A stretch of DNA of 64,000 nucleotides from a virus, in IMG/VR virus record IMGVR_UViG_3300050343_000199, positions 64,001 to 128,000 of that record. One strand, written 5' to 3'. A model generated the notes under the pieces. It was not told where the DNA came from. It saw only the letters and a list, made by a program, of their open reading frames with translations, and did not search any database. The first letter of the stretch is position 1. Each line of letters starts with the position of its first letter. Of the stretch, positions 62,442 through 64,000 are shown piece by piece. The position numbers and the translations under genes were made by a program.

Positions 62442-63364
62442 CACTCCTCTGCAAGACGTGCAAAGTAGGACAGGGCATCATCATCCTCAACGATTGCCTC
62501 TTCCTTGACAGGAGAGGGAGCACTCATCTGCTGACGGAAAGAAGATCCACCAGTGATGTCAGGATCGTTGAACCCACCAGTAGCAGCGACTGGTTCATAC
62601 TCTTCACTGTCTACTGTAGGAGCAGCAGTGCGTTGAGTGATACCAAGTACCATGTTCAAACGCTTCTCAAGATCTTCATAAGACTTGAACTGATCTTTGT
62701 GAGTGAATGCCTCAAGGGAATGCTCACTCTTCCAGATTGCTTCTAGTTGATCATCATCAGCTGACAGAGCAGAGACAGAATCAAACTCAGAAGAATCATA
62801 GTTCCAGTAACCTGCAACTTTCTTGATCTTCAGTTTAAAGTTAGCACCTTCCCAAAGGTCAAAGACATTAGTTGGTGTCTCATCTTGGAACTCAGGTTGC
62901 ATCGCAGCGAGGATCTTGTCATGGATCTTCTTGCCATACTTATAGAGGAAGACTTTACCTTCGTTCTCAGGGTGCTTAGGATCCTTCACAACATAGATGT
63001 TGCTGTAGTATTGAAGCTTACGCTTCTGCTTACGAGCAGTCTCTTTGTCTTCATCTGCACCGCTGTTCCAGAGACGGCGGTTCACTTCACCAACGGGATC
63101 CTTCTCGTTGAGTGTAGTCAGAGAGTTTTCAATGTACCAACCACCAACACCTTGGAAGGCGTGGGAGTATAGTTTTGCCCAAGGAAGGGTTTGACCTTCT
63201 GGGGCAGGGAGGAAACGGATAACAGCGTATCCATTTCCAGAAGCGTCAACCTCTGGTTTCCAGAAACGTTCATCAACGTTCTTACCGCTGGATGATTTCT
63301 CTAGTTCCTTTTGAAGGAAGTCAAAGTTGGTCTGGGATTTACGCTTAAGGTCTGCAAAAGACAT
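62441..63364 (-). CDS. gp32: Single-stranded DNA-binding protein
   Basis: DERFWKPEVDASGNGYAVIRFLPAPEG...KYGKKI...FDLWEGANFKLKI, acidic tail. Confidence 0.98.
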   Translation of the reverse strand: MSFADLKRKSQTNFDFLQKELEKSSSGKNVDERFWKPEVDASGNGYAVIRFLPAPEGQTLPWAKLYSHAFQGVGGWYIENSLTTLNEKDPVGEVNRRLWNSGADEDKETARKQKRKLQYYSNIYVVKDPKHPENEGKVFLYKYGKKIHDKILAAMQPEFQDETPTNVFDLWEGANFKLKIKKVAGYWNYDSSEFDSVSALSADDDQLEAIWKSEHSLEAFTHKDQFKSYEDLEKRLNMVLGITQRTAAPTVDSEEYEPVAATGGFNDPDITGGSSFRQQMSAPSPVKEEAIVEDDDALSYFARLAEE

Positions 63365-63417
63365 AGGATTTTTAGATTGAATTGGATTTGGTTTGTGTGA
63401 TGCCCTATCACTTAGTC

Positions 63418-63446
63418 ATTATAACAGGCACAGAGTCAGGCGTCAA
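63418..63446 (-). promoter_or_regulatory. sigma70-like promoter of gp32
   Basis: TTGACG-17-TATAAT. Confidence 0.85.
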
Positions 63447-63787
63447 CTCTCTGTGCCGCTTTTAAGAATGTCTTTAAACTCACGGACTTTACCGAGCAGT
63501 TCATCAAACATATCAGTTGCTCGTAAATTTTCATCACCGCCAAGCAAAACGACTGCTTGTTTAATACTTTCTGCCACAGATTTTGCTTCAGGATCATCAC
63601 TCAAGCAAACTCGTGCATGAAAGATTTTCTGCTTTTCAATTAGCAATTCTAAAGCATCAAAGTATTCTAGTTTTCTATCGTAATCCAAGAGATTTAAATT
63701 CATTGCACAGCGGAAGCAAAACTCCTGCAGTGATGTCATCTCTTGGATCTCTCCTCTTACTAGTTCGGATTTAAAAAATTCACTCAT
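63443..63787 (-). CDS. Conserved cyanophage protein (DUF1825-like)
   Basis: MSEFFKSELVRGEIQEM...LIEKQKIFHARVCLSDDPEA. Confidence 0.75.
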   Translation of the reverse strand: MSEFFKSELVRGEIQEMTSLQEFCFRCAMNLNLLDYDRKLEYFDALELLIEKQKIFHARVCLSDDPEAKSVAESIKQAVVLLGGDENLRATDMFDELLGKVREFKDILKSGTES

Positions 63788-64000
63788 CAGACTAACATTA
63801 ATTTTGCTCTGGACGTTTTTTTAATGAAGTTTAACTTCTGTGCCTCGCATTTTAGTTTTTCTTTTAATGGTTTTGAAATCAGTTTAGATACAGATTCAAC
63901 TTCAATTTCATTGATATCACATAGGTGTAGTACAGCATCAATATAATTCATATCTAAATTAGTGAGTGCTATTTTTTCTACCTCTTGAGAGAACTTCGCG
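63787..64000 (-). CDS. gp33: Late promoter transcription co-activator (5' end outside the window)
   Basis: FSQEVEKIAL...MNYIDAVLHLCDINEIEVESVSKLISKPLKEKLKCEAQKLNFIKKTS. Confidence 0.9.
   Translation of the reverse strand, partial: AKFSQEVEKIALTNLDMNYIDAVLHLCDINEIEVESVSKLISKPLKEKLKCEAQKLNFIKKTSRAKLMLV

Noticed and set aside
1-64000. CRISPR array, introns/inteins, stop-codon recoding
   Set aside because: No regularly spaced repeat-spacer units, no intron or intein signatures, and core genes end at standard stops with expected lengths.

Overview
64 kb from the genome of a T4-like cyanomyovirus (Kyanoviridae-type). The host is probably marine Synechococcus, inferred from the tRNA set, cp12, cpeT and a cyanobacterial-type tmRNA tag. 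Almost everything is on the minus strand. From left to right: baseplate wedge genes gp7 (partial), gp6, gp25 and a PAAR-like tip (1-7.7 kb); an early/accessory region of small ORFs driven by sigma70-like promoters, 13 of which carry a 24-bp palindromic box at fixed spacing (a 14th copy lies at 46.7 kb), with a tandem Fe/2OG-dioxygenase cluster (7.8-22 kb); tail fibre/collar genes and a giant structural gene broken by a frameshift (22-41 kb); an RNA-gene island (41-43.3 kb); cpeT x2, glutaredoxin-like, DenV-like and outer-membrane protein genes; gp5, cp12, hub, tape-measure-like paralogs, gp51, gp26, gp54, gp4, gp2, gp48, gp53, gp32 and gp33 (partial). The most striking observation is a circularly permuted two-piece tmRNA gene (G3-U70 alanine acceptor stem, tag ANNIVAFSRTRELATA*) whose intervening segment is a complete tRNA-Tyr gene, co-linear with tRNA-Thr and tRNA-Asn. 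All protein calls come from motif recognition by eye, with no database searches.
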